Shown: positions 1 through 9,342, numbered from the stretch's first letter. The stretch is DNA of 64,000 bases from an uncultured Phycisphaeraceae bacterium (GCA_964495075.1 CAZBUJ010000009.1:36086-100085), one strand, 5' to 3'. The notes: generated by a model not told the origin, from the sequence alone. Translations and numbers: made by a program.

Positions 1-1
1 C

Positions 2-154
2 CTGGGGGTCTCCAAGCGGGACATCGCCCGTCAGATCTGCGTGAGTGAGCGGACCGTCAACACGCACTGCGCGAATATGATGGCCAAGCTCGACATCCAC
101 GATCGCGTGGGATTGACTCGGCTCGCCATTCGCGAGGGCATGGTGGACGCCTAG
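2..154 (+). CDS. LuxR/NarL-family HTH regulator, 3' end only (runs off the window)
   Basis: Manual translation LGVSKRDIARQICVSERTVNTHCANMMAKLDIHDRVGLTRLAIREGMVDA* matches the LuxR C-terminal HTH pattern. Confidence 0.9.
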   Translation: MGVSKRDIARQICVSERTVNTHCANMMAKLDIHDRVGLTRLAIREGMVDA

Positions 155-221
155 CAGCGCAGTGGAACCATCGTACGACACATGAGCGGCACGCAGTGTC
201 GCGGTTTGCGCGTGAACGATA

Positions 222-410
222 CCCGGCGCTGGCCGCGGCGGAGGCGGGCGGCATGTCGACGAGGCCGTCAACGACAACACGCGTGGTCTCGGGGGTGGTC
301 GGGTTCCAGTTTGGGCGCGAAGTTCACTCGGCGCTTACCGTAGTGGACGCGGGCGGTGCGTCGACGAGGCCGTCGATAAAAACGCGCATGGCGTCGGGGG
401 TGGTCGGGTT
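222..410. repeat. Diverged 84-bp direct repeat (222-305 and 327-410); the second copy is the last 28 codons of the 324..2237 gene
   Basis: NPTTPDAMRVFIDGLVDAPPAS versus NPTTPETTRVVVDGLVDMPPAS; 66/84 nt identical by manual alignment, offset 105 bp. Confidence 0.85.
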
Positions 411-2237
411 GAAGCTCGTCCGGCGGATATCGTCGGCGTTCTGGCGGCGCTGGTCGCGATCGGTGGCGGTGAGGTTCCAGAGCCGGCGCGTTTCAGCGTG
501 AATCTGCTCGGGTCTGTGGCAGACCGGCGAGGGGTCGGGCAGCCCGGCCAGCGGGTTCAGGTTCAAACCGCCCTCGCGGCCCACCACGATGGCCGGCACG
601 CCCGCGGCCACGGCCTCGTAGAGCACGGCCGAGCCGGACGAGATGATCAGCCGGGCACGGGCGAGCCATGTGTCCATGCTCCCGTCGACGAACTCGAAAT
701 GGTCCGGCATGCGGTCGACGCGGCAGTGGTGCATCAGGTCGGGCAGGCTCATCATCGGATGCGGTTTGACCTTCACCGCCAGATCGGTCGCGTCGCCCAG
801 ACCGGCGAGCACCTTCGACAGCAGTTCCACCGCCGATCCCAGCTCGAGCGGCAGGGCGACCAACACGCACGCGCGCTCCTCGCCGTTTCGGGGTGCAGCG
901 CCGGCGAGGTGGGCGTAGCGGAGGGCGGGGCCCTCCACGACTCGTTGCGGGTCCAGGCCGTCGCGCAGCAGGGCGTCGCGAGAACGCTGCCCGTTGCAGA
1001 CGATGCGGTCCGGGAGCGGGGCCCGGCTCGCCTCGACGGATGTCATGAAGTGGCACAACAGCAAGGGGGCGGGCAGGGGGTGCTGGAACCCGACGATCTT
1101 GACCGCCGGCCAGTGCCGACGGAAGCCGGCGATGGTCCCCCGCTCGGGGAGCATGTTCTCGTACCCTTCGATGAGCAGGTCCACGCGGACGCCCGCCCGC
1201 TTGAGTCGTCGCGGCAGCCGGGAAACGAGAATCCATTCCAGCACGTCGCGGTCCAGAGCGAAACGCAGCCGCTCCTCTTCGAACAGCGGCGTGACGTCCA
1301 GGTCGTCGAGCCCCACGCGGCCGCGCGGCAAGAACGCCTGCCGGAGCCCGACGCCGAGCGTGAACAGCAGATCGGAGAATCGATAGTACTCGTCGGCGTT
1401 CACGAATCGCCGCCGGTTGTCGTGCAACCATCGCCAGGCGTCGCGGTACGAGCGCTTCACGTTGTACAGCACCGGCAGGGTCAGCACCTCGTAATGCTGG
1501 GCCTCCAGCCACTCGCTCACGCCGACCAGCTGGCGGTCGCGAAACGTCCCGTCCTCCCGCAGGCACGCGTCGTCGACAAACGTGCGCAAGAGCACGGTGG
1601 GGCGATCGGAAACCTGCGGGCGGTCCGCACGGTGGCGTTTCACGTCGCGGGCCAGGCGGGCAACCGACCATCGGTGGCGCAGGAACCGGCCGGCGTGTCG
1701 GGCGAGGTTGGCGTACCGACGCAGCCGTACCCGCCACAGCGGCTGCGACGGCGTGATCCATCGCACCGGCCGATGCCGGGCCCGGGCGTGCCGGGCCAGG
1801 GCGTGCAGCGCGGCCCAGCTCTCGCTGACCAGACCGAGCGAACCTGGGTGGCGTTCCAGCAGTTCGACGCCGACGTGCAGGTGACAGCAGTGCAGAAACA
1901 GGGGGCTCACCATGGTGTTTCGCTCGGCCACCCGAGACGTCCACCAGGCCAGCGAGTCGTAACGCCGCCCCATGTCCGCCAGGAGTTCGAGGTACGGGCG
2001 GCGAAGCCGGTGGGCGGTGTCATCGAGGTGCCGCGTAATCGGCACTCGCTCGTGCCGCCCCGGGACGTCTTCCAGGCCGCGTTGCCAGGCCAGCAGTCGC
2101 AGGTAGTCCTGGCCCAGGTAGGCCCAGGGGATCACTCCGGCGGCGCGCTCCGGGCCGGTCACCTGATCCGGACGGCCGGAGGCGTGGGCGAGCCAGACGG
2201 TGCCGCGCCGTGGTGGCGCATCGCGGCGCGGTGTCAC
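324..2237 (-). CDS. Surface-carbohydrate biosynthesis protein, putative GT-B-fold ulosonate transferase
   Basis: GFQH and VKVKPHP motifs, C-terminal SSGSAVLYEAVAAGVP; GTG start overlaps the kdsB stop (GTGA). Confidence 0.6.
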   Translation of the reverse strand: MTPRRDAPPRRGTVWLAHASGRPDQVTGPERAAGVIPWAYLGQDYLRLLAWQRGLEDVPGRHERVPITRHLDDTAHRLRRPYLELLADMGRRYDSLAWWTSRVAERNTMVSPLFLHCCHLHVGVELLERHPGSLGLVSESWAALHALARHARARHRPVRWITPSQPLWRVRLRRYANLARHAGRFLRHRWSVARLARDVKRHRADRPQVSDRPTVLLRTFVDDACLREDGTFRDRQLVGVSEWLEAQHYEVLTLPVLYNVKRSYRDAWRWLHDNRRRFVNADEYYRFSDLLFTLGVGLRQAFLPRGRVGLDDLDVTPLFEEERLRFALDRDVLEWILVSRLPRRLKRAGVRVDLLIEGYENMLPERGTIAGFRRHWPAVKIVGFQHPLPAPLLLCHFMTSVEASRAPLPDRIVCNGQRSRDALLRDGLDPQRVVEGPALRYAHLAGAAPRNGEERACVLVALPLELGSAVELLSKVLAGLGDATDLAVKVKPHPMMSLPDLMHHCRVDRMPDHFEFVDGSMDTWLARARLIISSGSAVLYEAVAAGVPAIVVGREGGLNLNPLAGLPDPSPVCHRPEQIHAETRRLWNLTATDRDQRRQNADDIRRTSFNPTTPDAMRVFIDGLVDAPPASTTVSAE

Positions 2238-3007
2238 GACGTGACCCCTTCGGCTGATCGGGGCGTGTAGCGTTTCCGCCAGGCGTCGTGCTCCATCAGG
2301 GCCCGGACGATGGCCAGGTCCTCTGGAGTGTCGACGCTGACGGCGGCGTGCTTCGTTCGCACCGCCCGGATCCGCTCGCCGTGCTCGAGGATGCGCAGAT
2401 ACTCGTTGTACTCGATCCGTTCCAGTGGCGTGGGGGCCCAGGCCGCGAACCGCTTGAGAAACGGAGTGCGGAACGCGACGATGAAGCACATCTTCCAGAA
2501 CACGTTCACTTCGGACCGGGCGTCGCTGGGCAGGTCGGCACGGGAGCAATAGAGCACGTTGTCGTCGAGATCCAGCACGGCCTTGATGTCGGACGGACTG
2601 TTTCGCTTGTCGAACGGGCAGACGCCGAGGGCGACGTTGAGCGCGGGGTCGCCGGCCACCGCGTCCACGATGGCGTCGATATGCTCGGGGTCGACCAGCG
2701 GTTCATCGCCCTGGATGTTGACGGTGACGTCGGCCTGGACGGAGTCGACCGCTTCGGCCAGGCGGTCGGATCCGGTCGCATGGTGCGAGCCGGTCATGAT
2801 GACGTCGACGCCATGTCGGGCGGCCACGTCGCGGATCTCCTCGCTGTCGGTGGCGAGGTAGACGGCGTCCAGTCGCCGGGCGAGGGCCGCTCGCTTGCAG
2901 GTGTGGACGACCATGGGCAGGCCGGCGATGTCCGCCAGGGCCTTCCGCGGGAGTCGGCTCGATTCGAGCCTGGCCGGTACCATTCCGATGACCGTCATTC
3001 GCGCCAC
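2234..3007 (-). CDS. kdsB: CMP-Kdo synthetase-family cytidylyltransferase
   Basis: PARLESSRLPRKAL, TGSDR, NIQGDEP, LERIEYNEYLRILE, SVDTPED. Confidence 0.9.
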   Translation of the reverse strand: MARMTVIGMVPARLESSRLPRKALADIAGLPMVVHTCKRAALARRLDAVYLATDSEEIRDVAARHGVDVIMTGSHHATGSDRLAEAVDSVQADVTVNIQGDEPLVDPEHIDAIVDAVAGDPALNVALGVCPFDKRNSPSDIKAVLDLDDNVLYCSRADLPSDARSEVNVFWKMCFIVAFRTPFLKRFAAWAPTPLERIEYNEYLRILEHGERIRAVRTKHAAVSVDTPEDLAIVRALMEHDAWRKRYTPRSAEGVTS

Positions 3008-3010
3008 TCC

Positions 3011-3796
3011 TTACCGCCCCGTCACCTGGCGGAACTCGTCCACCGCATCCCGCATGGCGCGGTGCAGCACCGCGCAGTCGGGGAGGTAGGTGATGAACTG
3101 CATGCCGATGTTGATCATCCATTGAATGTCGTCGCGATCGCGGGCGACGAAGCCGCCGGCGGTCAGCCCCGCGTCGCGGATCTTCCGCACGCACGATTCG
3201 AGTTCGTGCCGCACCCGCGGATCGTCCACGTGCCCCGGCATCGCCATGGCCTGCGACAGGTCATAGGCCCCGATGTAGACGAGGTCGAGGTGCTCGGTCC
3301 TGAGCACGGCGTCCAGGTTGTCGATGCCGCGCCGGCCTTCCAGGATGGCGCCGACGAGGGTGCGGCTGTTCTGCCGGTCGGCGTGGGCGCGCATCGACGC
3401 GCCGGAGTAGCCGCCGGCCCGGGTGTAAGGGGAGAAGCCGCGTCGGCCGACGGGATGGTACTTGGACAACGCGACCGCCTCGACGGCGTCGTGAGCCGAC
3501 TCCACCCGCGCGACCAGCACCCCGTCGGCTCCCAGGTCGAGGGCCCGCAGGATCGTCGCCTCGTCGATCCGTCCCAGTCGAACGAGGGGGCTCACGCCTT
3601 CGGACTGGGCGGCCCGGATCATCTCCTCCGCGGTTTCGAAGCCGGCGGGTCCGTGCTCCAGATCGATGATGACGAAATCGAAGCCGGCCGATGCGGTTAC
3701 GTTCATGGCCGCCCCCGTCGGCAGTGCACACCAGGGGCCGAACACCGCTTCGCCGGCCGCCAGACGGTGCTTTAACGACGTTGTGGGTGTCATCAC
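3011..3796 (-). CDS. HpcH/HpaI class II pyruvate aldolase
   Basis: DLEHG, LVR, ALDLGA, YHPVGRRG, ILE, IGAYDLS. Confidence 0.9.
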   Translation of the reverse strand: MMTPTTSLKHRLAAGEAVFGPWCALPTGAAMNVTASAGFDFVIIDLEHGPAGFETAEEMIRAAQSEGVSPLVRLGRIDEATILRALDLGADGVLVARVESAHDAVEAVALSKYHPVGRRGFSPYTRAGGYSGASMRAHADRQNSRTLVGAILEGRRGIDNLDAVLRTEHLDLVYIGAYDLSQAMAMPGHVDDPRVRHELESCVRKIRDAGLTAGGFVARDRDDIQWMINIGMQFITYLPDCAVLHRAMRDAVDEFRQVTGR

Positions 3797-3828
3797 ACGG
3801 TTACCTCCTCGGGGCGGGATGCCTCCCG

Positions 3829-5364
3829 CTACGTTGCCGTCCTGAGCCGCTGATCAGTCCAGTACTCCACCGGCAGGTGGTACCAGAAGTGCTTGACCCG
3901 CAGCTTCGCCAACCGCGTGGCCAGTCGGCCCCGCCACCCGGCCGGTCGATCGCCCTCGCGTGGAGGACGGGTGGCGACGTCGTAGTAGTACTGGATGCGC
4001 GGCAACTGCGTGCGAAATCGTCGGGGGGTCCACGGAATGCCCGAGAAGGTGGCTTCGTCGCGAATCAGGAACTCACGCCAGTCCTCGAGCCGCGTGGGGA
4101 TGGCCAGGTTGTGCCGGGCGACCAGCCGGTCGTAGATCGGTGAGCCGGGATAGAGGCGGAACACGAACGGCCCGGCAATGTCCGTCTCGGGCCGCATGGT
4201 TTTCATCCGCAGGCATAGATTGTAGGTGTCCCTGATCTGATCGAGCGTTTCGCCTTCCAGGCCGACCATGAAGCTGTAGCGCGGGAAGATGCCGGTCCCG
4301 TCGAGCGTGCGCAGTGATCGCAGCGTCTGCGCAGGTGTGATGTCCTTGGCCAGCCGGTCCAGGACGTCCTGGTTGCCGCTCTCGCCGCCCATGACGAGCG
4401 AGCCGTGTCCGATGCGATCGAGCCGGCGGACCAGGTCCCGGTTGAGGTAGTCGTCCGAGAAGTGGTCGACGCGACACCACATCCGCCAGTTGAAGCGGAG
4501 GTTTTCCTTCTCGACCCGGTCGAGGAACGTGAGCACCCGCCGCTTGTTCACGAAGAAGTCTTCGTCGAGGAACAGGAACGTGTCCGCGCCGTGCTCCCGC
4601 TGCAGACGCTTGATCTCCTCGACGATGGACTCCGCGTCGCGATAGCGGTAGCGGCGTTTGAGAATGACGTTGATGCAGAACTGGCATCGGTAAGGGCATC
4701 CCAGGCCGGTGAGGATCGGCGCGATGCGGACCTTGCGGCCGGCGGCCGGGAACTCGCGCTGGTAGACCGACACGGTTCTCTTCGGCTGCACGTACTGCTC
4801 GATGTCGATCAGCGAGAAGTCGAAGTGGGGCAGAGCCCGGATGTCCTCCGGCTCCGCGCACTCGGTGATGACGGGCTGGCCGTCTTCGTCCCGGTACCCC
4901 ACCCCGCGAACGGCGTGAAGGCTCTGCCGCCCCCGCAGGACATGGGACAGCTTGACCGCCGTGATGGCGCCTTCGTTGACGACGATGATGTCGATGTTGG
5001 GGTCGGCCAGCGTCTGCTTCGGGAACAGGGTCGGGTGTGGTCCGCCCCAGACGACGCGGACGGAGGGGCACGTCTGCCGGACCGCCTTGGCGGCGGCGAG
5101 GGCGAGCGGCACCTGTGTGGTCATGACCGACAGGCCCACCCAGAGAATGTCCGCCTCGTGGGCCGCGACGTAGTCTGCGAGCCGGTCGAGGTAGTCTTTG
5201 TGGTAGCCCCCGTCGATGACGTGCACGTCGTAGCCGTTCTGCTTGAGCAGCGTGCCGATCAGCAGAACGGCGGTGCTGGGATACACGGATCCCGCGATGG
5301 CGTGCGTGCTGTTCACCGACGGCAGCAGGTTCACCAGGACGATCGTGTTTGCCCGTTCGCTCAT
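3829..5364 (-). CDS. Cobalamin-binding radical SAM protein (class B methylase-like)
   Basis: N-terminal B12-binding region (WGGPHPT, VVNEG), CPYRCQFC, DEDF, GGESG. Confidence 0.9.
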   Translation of the reverse strand: MSERANTIVLVNLLPSVNSTHAIAGSVYPSTAVLLIGTLLKQNGYDVHVIDGGYHKDYLDRLADYVAAHEADILWVGLSVMTTQVPLALAAAKAVRQTCPSVRVVWGGPHPTLFPKQTLADPNIDIIVVNEGAITAVKLSHVLRGRQSLHAVRGVGYRDEDGQPVITECAEPEDIRALPHFDFSLIDIEQYVQPKRTVSVYQREFPAAGRKVRIAPILTGLGCPYRCQFCINVILKRRYRYRDAESIVEEIKRLQREHGADTFLFLDEDFFVNKRRVLTFLDRVEKENLRFNWRMWCRVDHFSDDYLNRDLVRRLDRIGHGSLVMGGESGNQDVLDRLAKDITPAQTLRSLRTLDGTGIFPRYSFMVGLEGETLDQIRDTYNLCLRMKTMRPETDIAGPFVFRLYPGSPIYDRLVARHNLAIPTRLEDWREFLIRDEATFSGIPWTPRRFRTQLPRIQYYYDVATRPPREGDRPAGWRGRLATRLAKLRVKHFWYHLPVEYWTDQRLRTAT

Positions 5365-6143
5365 GCCGCGGATTCCGCTCGGGCCGCTACGGCCTGGATC
5401 TCGGCGATGCTCCCCACCACGTGGGGCGTGACCTGTTCCAGCCGGGCGCGGTCGGTCACCCCGCTGGCCACGCCGATGGCGGCCCGGCAGCCGGCGTTGC
5501 GTCCGGTCTGCACGTCGCCGATCGAGTCGCCGACCATGACGGTGTTACTCATTCGCACGCCGAGCGATTGGCCGATCAGGTACAGCACGTCTGGTGCCGG
5601 TTTGGAGCTGGCCACGCGATCCCCGCCGGCGATGCAGTCAATGGCGTCTTCGATGCCTAGCTGCCGCATGGCGAGCGAGGCGCGGTAGGTGCGATCGGTG
5701 GTGGCCACCGCGATGCGGCAGGCGGCCGCCTGGAGCCGGCGGATCAGCGCGTGCAGCCCTTCGATGGGTTGCACGATCTCGGCGAGGTGATCCCGCGACT
5801 GGATGTCCGCCTCGCGGAAGGCGTCGTGCAGCAGGTCGTGCACGTCGCCCAGACCTCGGGATTGCAGGTAGTCCGCGCCGGCCCGCAGGACGATCTCGCG
5901 CCCTTTGATCCCGACCGGTCCTTCCGGCTTGATCCGCATCCGCGGGACGTCGACGCCCATGCTGTCCATCAGGCCTTCGGTGGTGGGACGATCCAGTCCG
6001 AGTTGTTTCCGCACGAGTTCCGCCCGCAGGCGGATCATGTTGGACCAGTAGGTGTGGATGTCGATCAGCGTGCCGTCCTTGTCAAAGACGACGAGTTCGA
6101 TGCCCTCCAGTTCCGCATCGTTGACCACCAGTGTCGCGCGCAC
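5361..6143 (-). CDS. HAD-family phosphatase
   Basis: FDKDGTL, ATT, KPAPD, MVGDSIGD; GTG start behind AGGAGG. Confidence 0.9.
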   Translation of the reverse strand: MRATLVVNDAELEGIELVVFDKDGTLIDIHTYWSNMIRLRAELVRKQLGLDRPTTEGLMDSMGVDVPRMRIKPEGPVGIKGREIVLRAGADYLQSRGLGDVHDLLHDAFREADIQSRDHLAEIVQPIEGLHALIRRLQAAACRIAVATTDRTYRASLAMRQLGIEDAIDCIAGGDRVASSKPAPDVLYLIGQSLGVRMSNTVMVGDSIGDVQTGRNAGCRAAIGVASGVTDRARLEQVTPHVVGSIAEIQAVAARAESAA

Positions 6144-6144
6144 G

Positions 6145-7209
6145 TCAATCCCTCCTGATTCGGTCGATGTTGGTTTCCACGAGTCGCCGGGCCTTGGCCA
6201 CGGCACGAGCCAGCCGCGCGGAGTCCTCGTCGAGGTCGGGCCGCTGGATTTCTTCCCGCACCAGGTTGCGGGCGAAGGTTCCGATCGACACGCCGTTCAC
6301 GTCCACGCCGCACAGAGCGGCCAGCTCGCCGGTCCGGCTGTTCGTGCCCCCGGACAGGAGGATGCGGACGGGAACCTTGCTCTTGCGGATGACGGCGGCA
6401 CAATCGACCGAGCTCAGCGTGGTGTTGAAGTCGTCCGCGCCGCCGCTCATCGGCGCGCCGTCCGCCTGGATGATCAGGCGCTCGCCCGCCACGTCCCTCG
6501 CCCGGCGCACCCGCTCGACGAGGTGGTGGTTCGACAGGCGTGACCGGTCGAGGCACAGGCTGACGAACTGGTGGGGGAGGATTTCGTTGATGATGCGCCA
6601 GTCTCTCAGGACCACCTCGTCGTCGGGAACGACGGCGTGCAGTTCCAGGCTCTCGGCGCCGGCGGCGAGGCACTCGGGCACCACTTTCCGCAGGTCCACT
6701 TTCCGCGTGTAGAAGTGCACCGCCTCGCTGGGGCAGGCGTCGGCGCAGCGCCCGCACCCGATGCACCGGCCGGCGATGATTCTGTACGGGTCCTTGTCGA
6801 TCGCGAATTGATCGCAGTGTTCGTAACAGGCGCCGCACGCCACGCACGCGTCGTCCGCGATGCGGGCCTTGCGCGCGTGCGGGTCTCCGCGGAGTCCGAC
6901 GCTTACCGTGATGAAGGGACGCGTCGAGACCGATCGGCCGAGTGACGGGGCGAGGGCGGCGGCTCGCTCGATGCCGCGTCCGCTCGCCCGGACGACGTCG
7001 GCGTGGGCGGACACGTCGATGCCCAGCGCCCCGGCCAGCGTATAGACGAGCGAAAGCCGGTAGACCTCGTCGGGGTCTTCGTTGCCGGCTCCGCAGACGA
7101 CCTTGAAGTACTCGCCGCGGTCCAGGATGTTCCTCATCGCCTGGAAGCGGGTCGCGCGGGTCGTCGAGGCCCGGGCCGGCGCGGCGGATGTTGCCAAGGG
7201 ACTGGCCAT
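6145..7209 (-). CDS. LdpA-like 2x[4Fe-4S] protein
   Basis: KVVCGAGNED, GDPHARKA, CVACGACYEHC, CIGCGRCADACP, ELHA, QADGAPMSG, LSGGTN, GVSIG resemble cyanobacterial LdpA. Confidence 0.75.
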   Translation of the reverse strand: MASPLATSAAPARASTTRATRFQAMRNILDRGEYFKVVCGAGNEDPDEVYRLSLVYTLAGALGIDVSAHADVVRASGRGIERAAALAPSLGRSVSTRPFITVSVGLRGDPHARKARIADDACVACGACYEHCDQFAIDKDPYRIIAGRCIGCGRCADACPSEAVHFYTRKVDLRKVVPECLAAGAESLELHAVVPDDEVVLRDWRIINEILPHQFVSLCLDRSRLSNHHLVERVRRARDVAGERLIIQADGAPMSGGADDFNTTLSSVDCAAVIRKSKVPVRILLSGGTNSRTGELAALCGVDVNGVSIGTFARNLVREEIQRPDLDEDSARLARAVAKARRLVETNIDRIRRD

Positions 7210-7220
7210 GAACTCTCGCG

Positions 7221-8957
7221 TCACACGCTGCACGGTTGCAGGAAGTTCTCCATGCCCTTGTAGAACCGGTGATGGCTCGTGGGGGTGATGATGTGGACGC
7301 CTTCCTGTCCTCGATCGCGCACGTACTGGTCGATCTGGCAGAGGAACCGGTCGTTCCACTGGTGCCGCTCGGCCACCACCTCGTAGTCTTCCGGCTCGAG
7401 TTTTTCCTCGTAGAACAGGGCGCGGGTGACGGTGGCCTTGCCGAGATATCCGTCCATGCCGGCCACGAAGAGTCGCCGCGCCCCCATGACGATTGCGACG
7501 CCGAGCAGCAGCACGGAGATCGTGCGGCAGTTCGTCTGGATGCGACCGTCGACGATGTCGAAGTCGGCGTCCAGGACGTTTCGGAAACCGAGTGTCTCGT
7601 AACTCCGCTCCACGTACTCGGCGACCATGCTCGGGGGGATGTTCTCACCGATGAGCAGTCTGGAGTTCGGGCCGACGGTGTCGTGATACATGACGAAGCG
7701 GTTTTTGTTGTTGAACGCGTGGTAGGTCGGCTCGAACAGGCCCGACAGGCGGTTCGCCCCGAGCACGATGGGGTTGTACGTGTCGATGAACTCGCGGATC
7801 TGCCGGCGGTACTGCTTGAGGCTCGGCCCGTTGGCCAGGACGAGGAAGTCGCGGCCCGGGTGGCGGTTCACATAGGCCACGGCGGGGGCCGGCTTCGCCG
7901 ACTCGGCGGCGGCGACGGGCGGCCCGGCGGCGGCCTGGCGGCCCAGGCTGCCCACCACGCCGTTGCGGATCAGCTTGTTCACCAGTGACCGGTCGAAGCC
8001 GACCGGCTTGAGTTCATCAATGACTTCCAGTGCCTTCCAGATGTCCCCAATGGAGTACTCCTTCCGCTTGACCAGGTCGGCGGCGTAGTAGGGATGGCAC
8101 TTGAACATCCCGGAGATCATGTACGGCAGCTCGTAGCCCCAGGGCTGCGTTTTGCGGATGTGGACGTAGTAGCGGTCGATACACTCGAGCACCGGCACGA
8201 CGTTGTACTTCGCGCTGCCCTGCGTACAGAGGTAGGCCAGCAGCGCTTCGGTCGGCAGGTTTCCCGCCCCGCGGCCCATGCCGAAGATGGAACTGTCGAC
8301 GATGTCGACGCCGACGCGGATCGCCTCCAACGTGTTGGCGAACGCCATCTGCAGGTTGTTGTGCGGGTGGAAGCCGACTTTGACGCCGCCCAGTTCGAGG
8401 AACGGCTCGAACAGCGGGCCGATGTCGTTGGGGACCATCGAGCCGTAGCTGTCGGCGATGTAGAAGTAGTCCAGGCCGGCGCTGACGAGCGCGCGTTTCA
8501 GATCGGCTTTCTCCGGCTCGGTGTAACTCCCGAACGCCATGGCCTGCAGCGACGTGACGTAGCCCTTCGCCTTGATCTTGTCGAGCAGATTGATGGCGTC
8601 GTGGACCTGGGTCTTGTGGGCGGCGATCCGGACCATGCTGGCCAGGCTGCTGGCTTGCGGGTCGAGGTCGGACAGCTCGATCTCGCCGTAGTTGCCCATG
8701 ATGGCGATCTTGGGGCCCGGGATGCCTTCCATCGCGGCCCGGAGGCTGTCTTCAGAAGTGACACGCCATGGCCCGTAGACCTTGGGGTCGAACTGCCGAG
8801 GGCTGCCCCGGAACCCCAGCTCCACGTAGTCGACGCCGCTCTTGGAGAGGGCGCGGTACGACTCGCGAACCACGTTTGTGTCGAACCACCAGTTGTTCAC
8901 GTATCCGCCGTCGCGAATCGTGCAGTCGAGGATTTCCAGCTTGCCGTCCTGATTCAT
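7221..8957 (-). CDS. DRE-TIM (HMGL-like) aldolase fused to a C-terminal GT42/Maf-like domain
   Basis: LDCTIRDGGY, ADSYG, GFHPHNN, GMGRGAGNL; after an Ala/Pro linker, LANGPSL and AIVMGARRLFVAGMDGY; start could also be 8969. Confidence 0.8.
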   Translation of the reverse strand: MNQDGKLEILDCTIRDGGYVNNWWFDTNVVRESYRALSKSGVDYVELGFRGSPRQFDPKVYGPWRVTSEDSLRAAMEGIPGPKIAIMGNYGEIELSDLDPQASSLASMVRIAAHKTQVHDAINLLDKIKAKGYVTSLQAMAFGSYTEPEKADLKRALVSAGLDYFYIADSYGSMVPNDIGPLFEPFLELGGVKVGFHPHNNLQMAFANTLEAIRVGVDIVDSSIFGMGRGAGNLPTEALLAYLCTQGSAKYNVVPVLECIDRYYVHIRKTQPWGYELPYMISGMFKCHPYYAADLVKRKEYSIGDIWKALEVIDELKPVGFDRSLVNKLIRNGVVGSLGRQAAAGPPVAAAESAKPAPAVAYVNRHPGRDFLVLANGPSLKQYRRQIREFIDTYNPIVLGANRLSGLFEPTYHAFNNKNRFVMYHDTVGPNSRLLIGENIPPSMVAEYVERSYETLGFRNVLDADFDIVDGRIQTNCRTISVLLLGVAIVMGARRLFVAGMDGYLGKATVTRALFYEEKLEPEDYEVVAERHQWNDRFLCQIDQYVRDRGQEGVHIITPTSHHRFYKGMENFLQPCSV

Positions 8958-9068
8958 CGCGCGTGTCATCTGTCTCAAGAGTACCGGTCCAATCGTCCCG
9001 ACCGGGCCCCGGCGCGGGTGGCGATTGACGCCCCGCGGGGCGGCCCCGCCCTATCGAGACAACCGTAG

Positions 9069-9076
9069 TTATCGGC
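9069..9076 (-). promoter_or_regulatory. Putative sigma-28 -10 element for the aldolase-kdsB operon
   Basis: GCCGATAA on the minus strand about 110 bp upstream of the start; -35 weak. Confidence 0.5.
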
Positions 9077-9334
9077 TGTTCAGGCCGCGCGAGACGTGAC
9101 GTTTTTTTGGGGCGGGAGAGGGGAGGAGCGGAGCGGCGGGAAGCACCCATCACAAATGGCAAGTGGGGCCTCGCGGCTGGGCCGGTTCTGCCCACGGGCA
9201 TGCGTGCCGTGTTCGTGCCTGGTCCGACCAGCGACGGGGCTGCTGTATCCTTCTTCTCCGGCGGGAGTTGCGGGCGTTCTCGCCCGGACGAGGGTCCGGG
9301 TGCGCACTTCGGCAGGAACAGGGCGAGGCGGGTG

Positions 9335-9342
9335 GCCGATAA
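9335..9342 (+). promoter_or_regulatory. Putative sigma-28 -10 element for the GT4 pair
   Basis: GCCGATAA about 95 bp upstream of 9436; -35 weak. Confidence 0.5.

Noticed and set aside
222-410. Diversity-generating retroelement TR/VR pair (a repeat at a gene 3' end, with an RT in the window)
   Set aside because: The 18 mismatches involve all four bases rather than only adenines in one copy, and the RTs are group II intron type and broken.
3011-8957. Phosphonate or aromatic-degradation cluster
   Set aside because: No PEP mutase, dioxygenase, hydratase or acylating aldehyde dehydrogenase; coupling to kdsB points to glycan synthesis.
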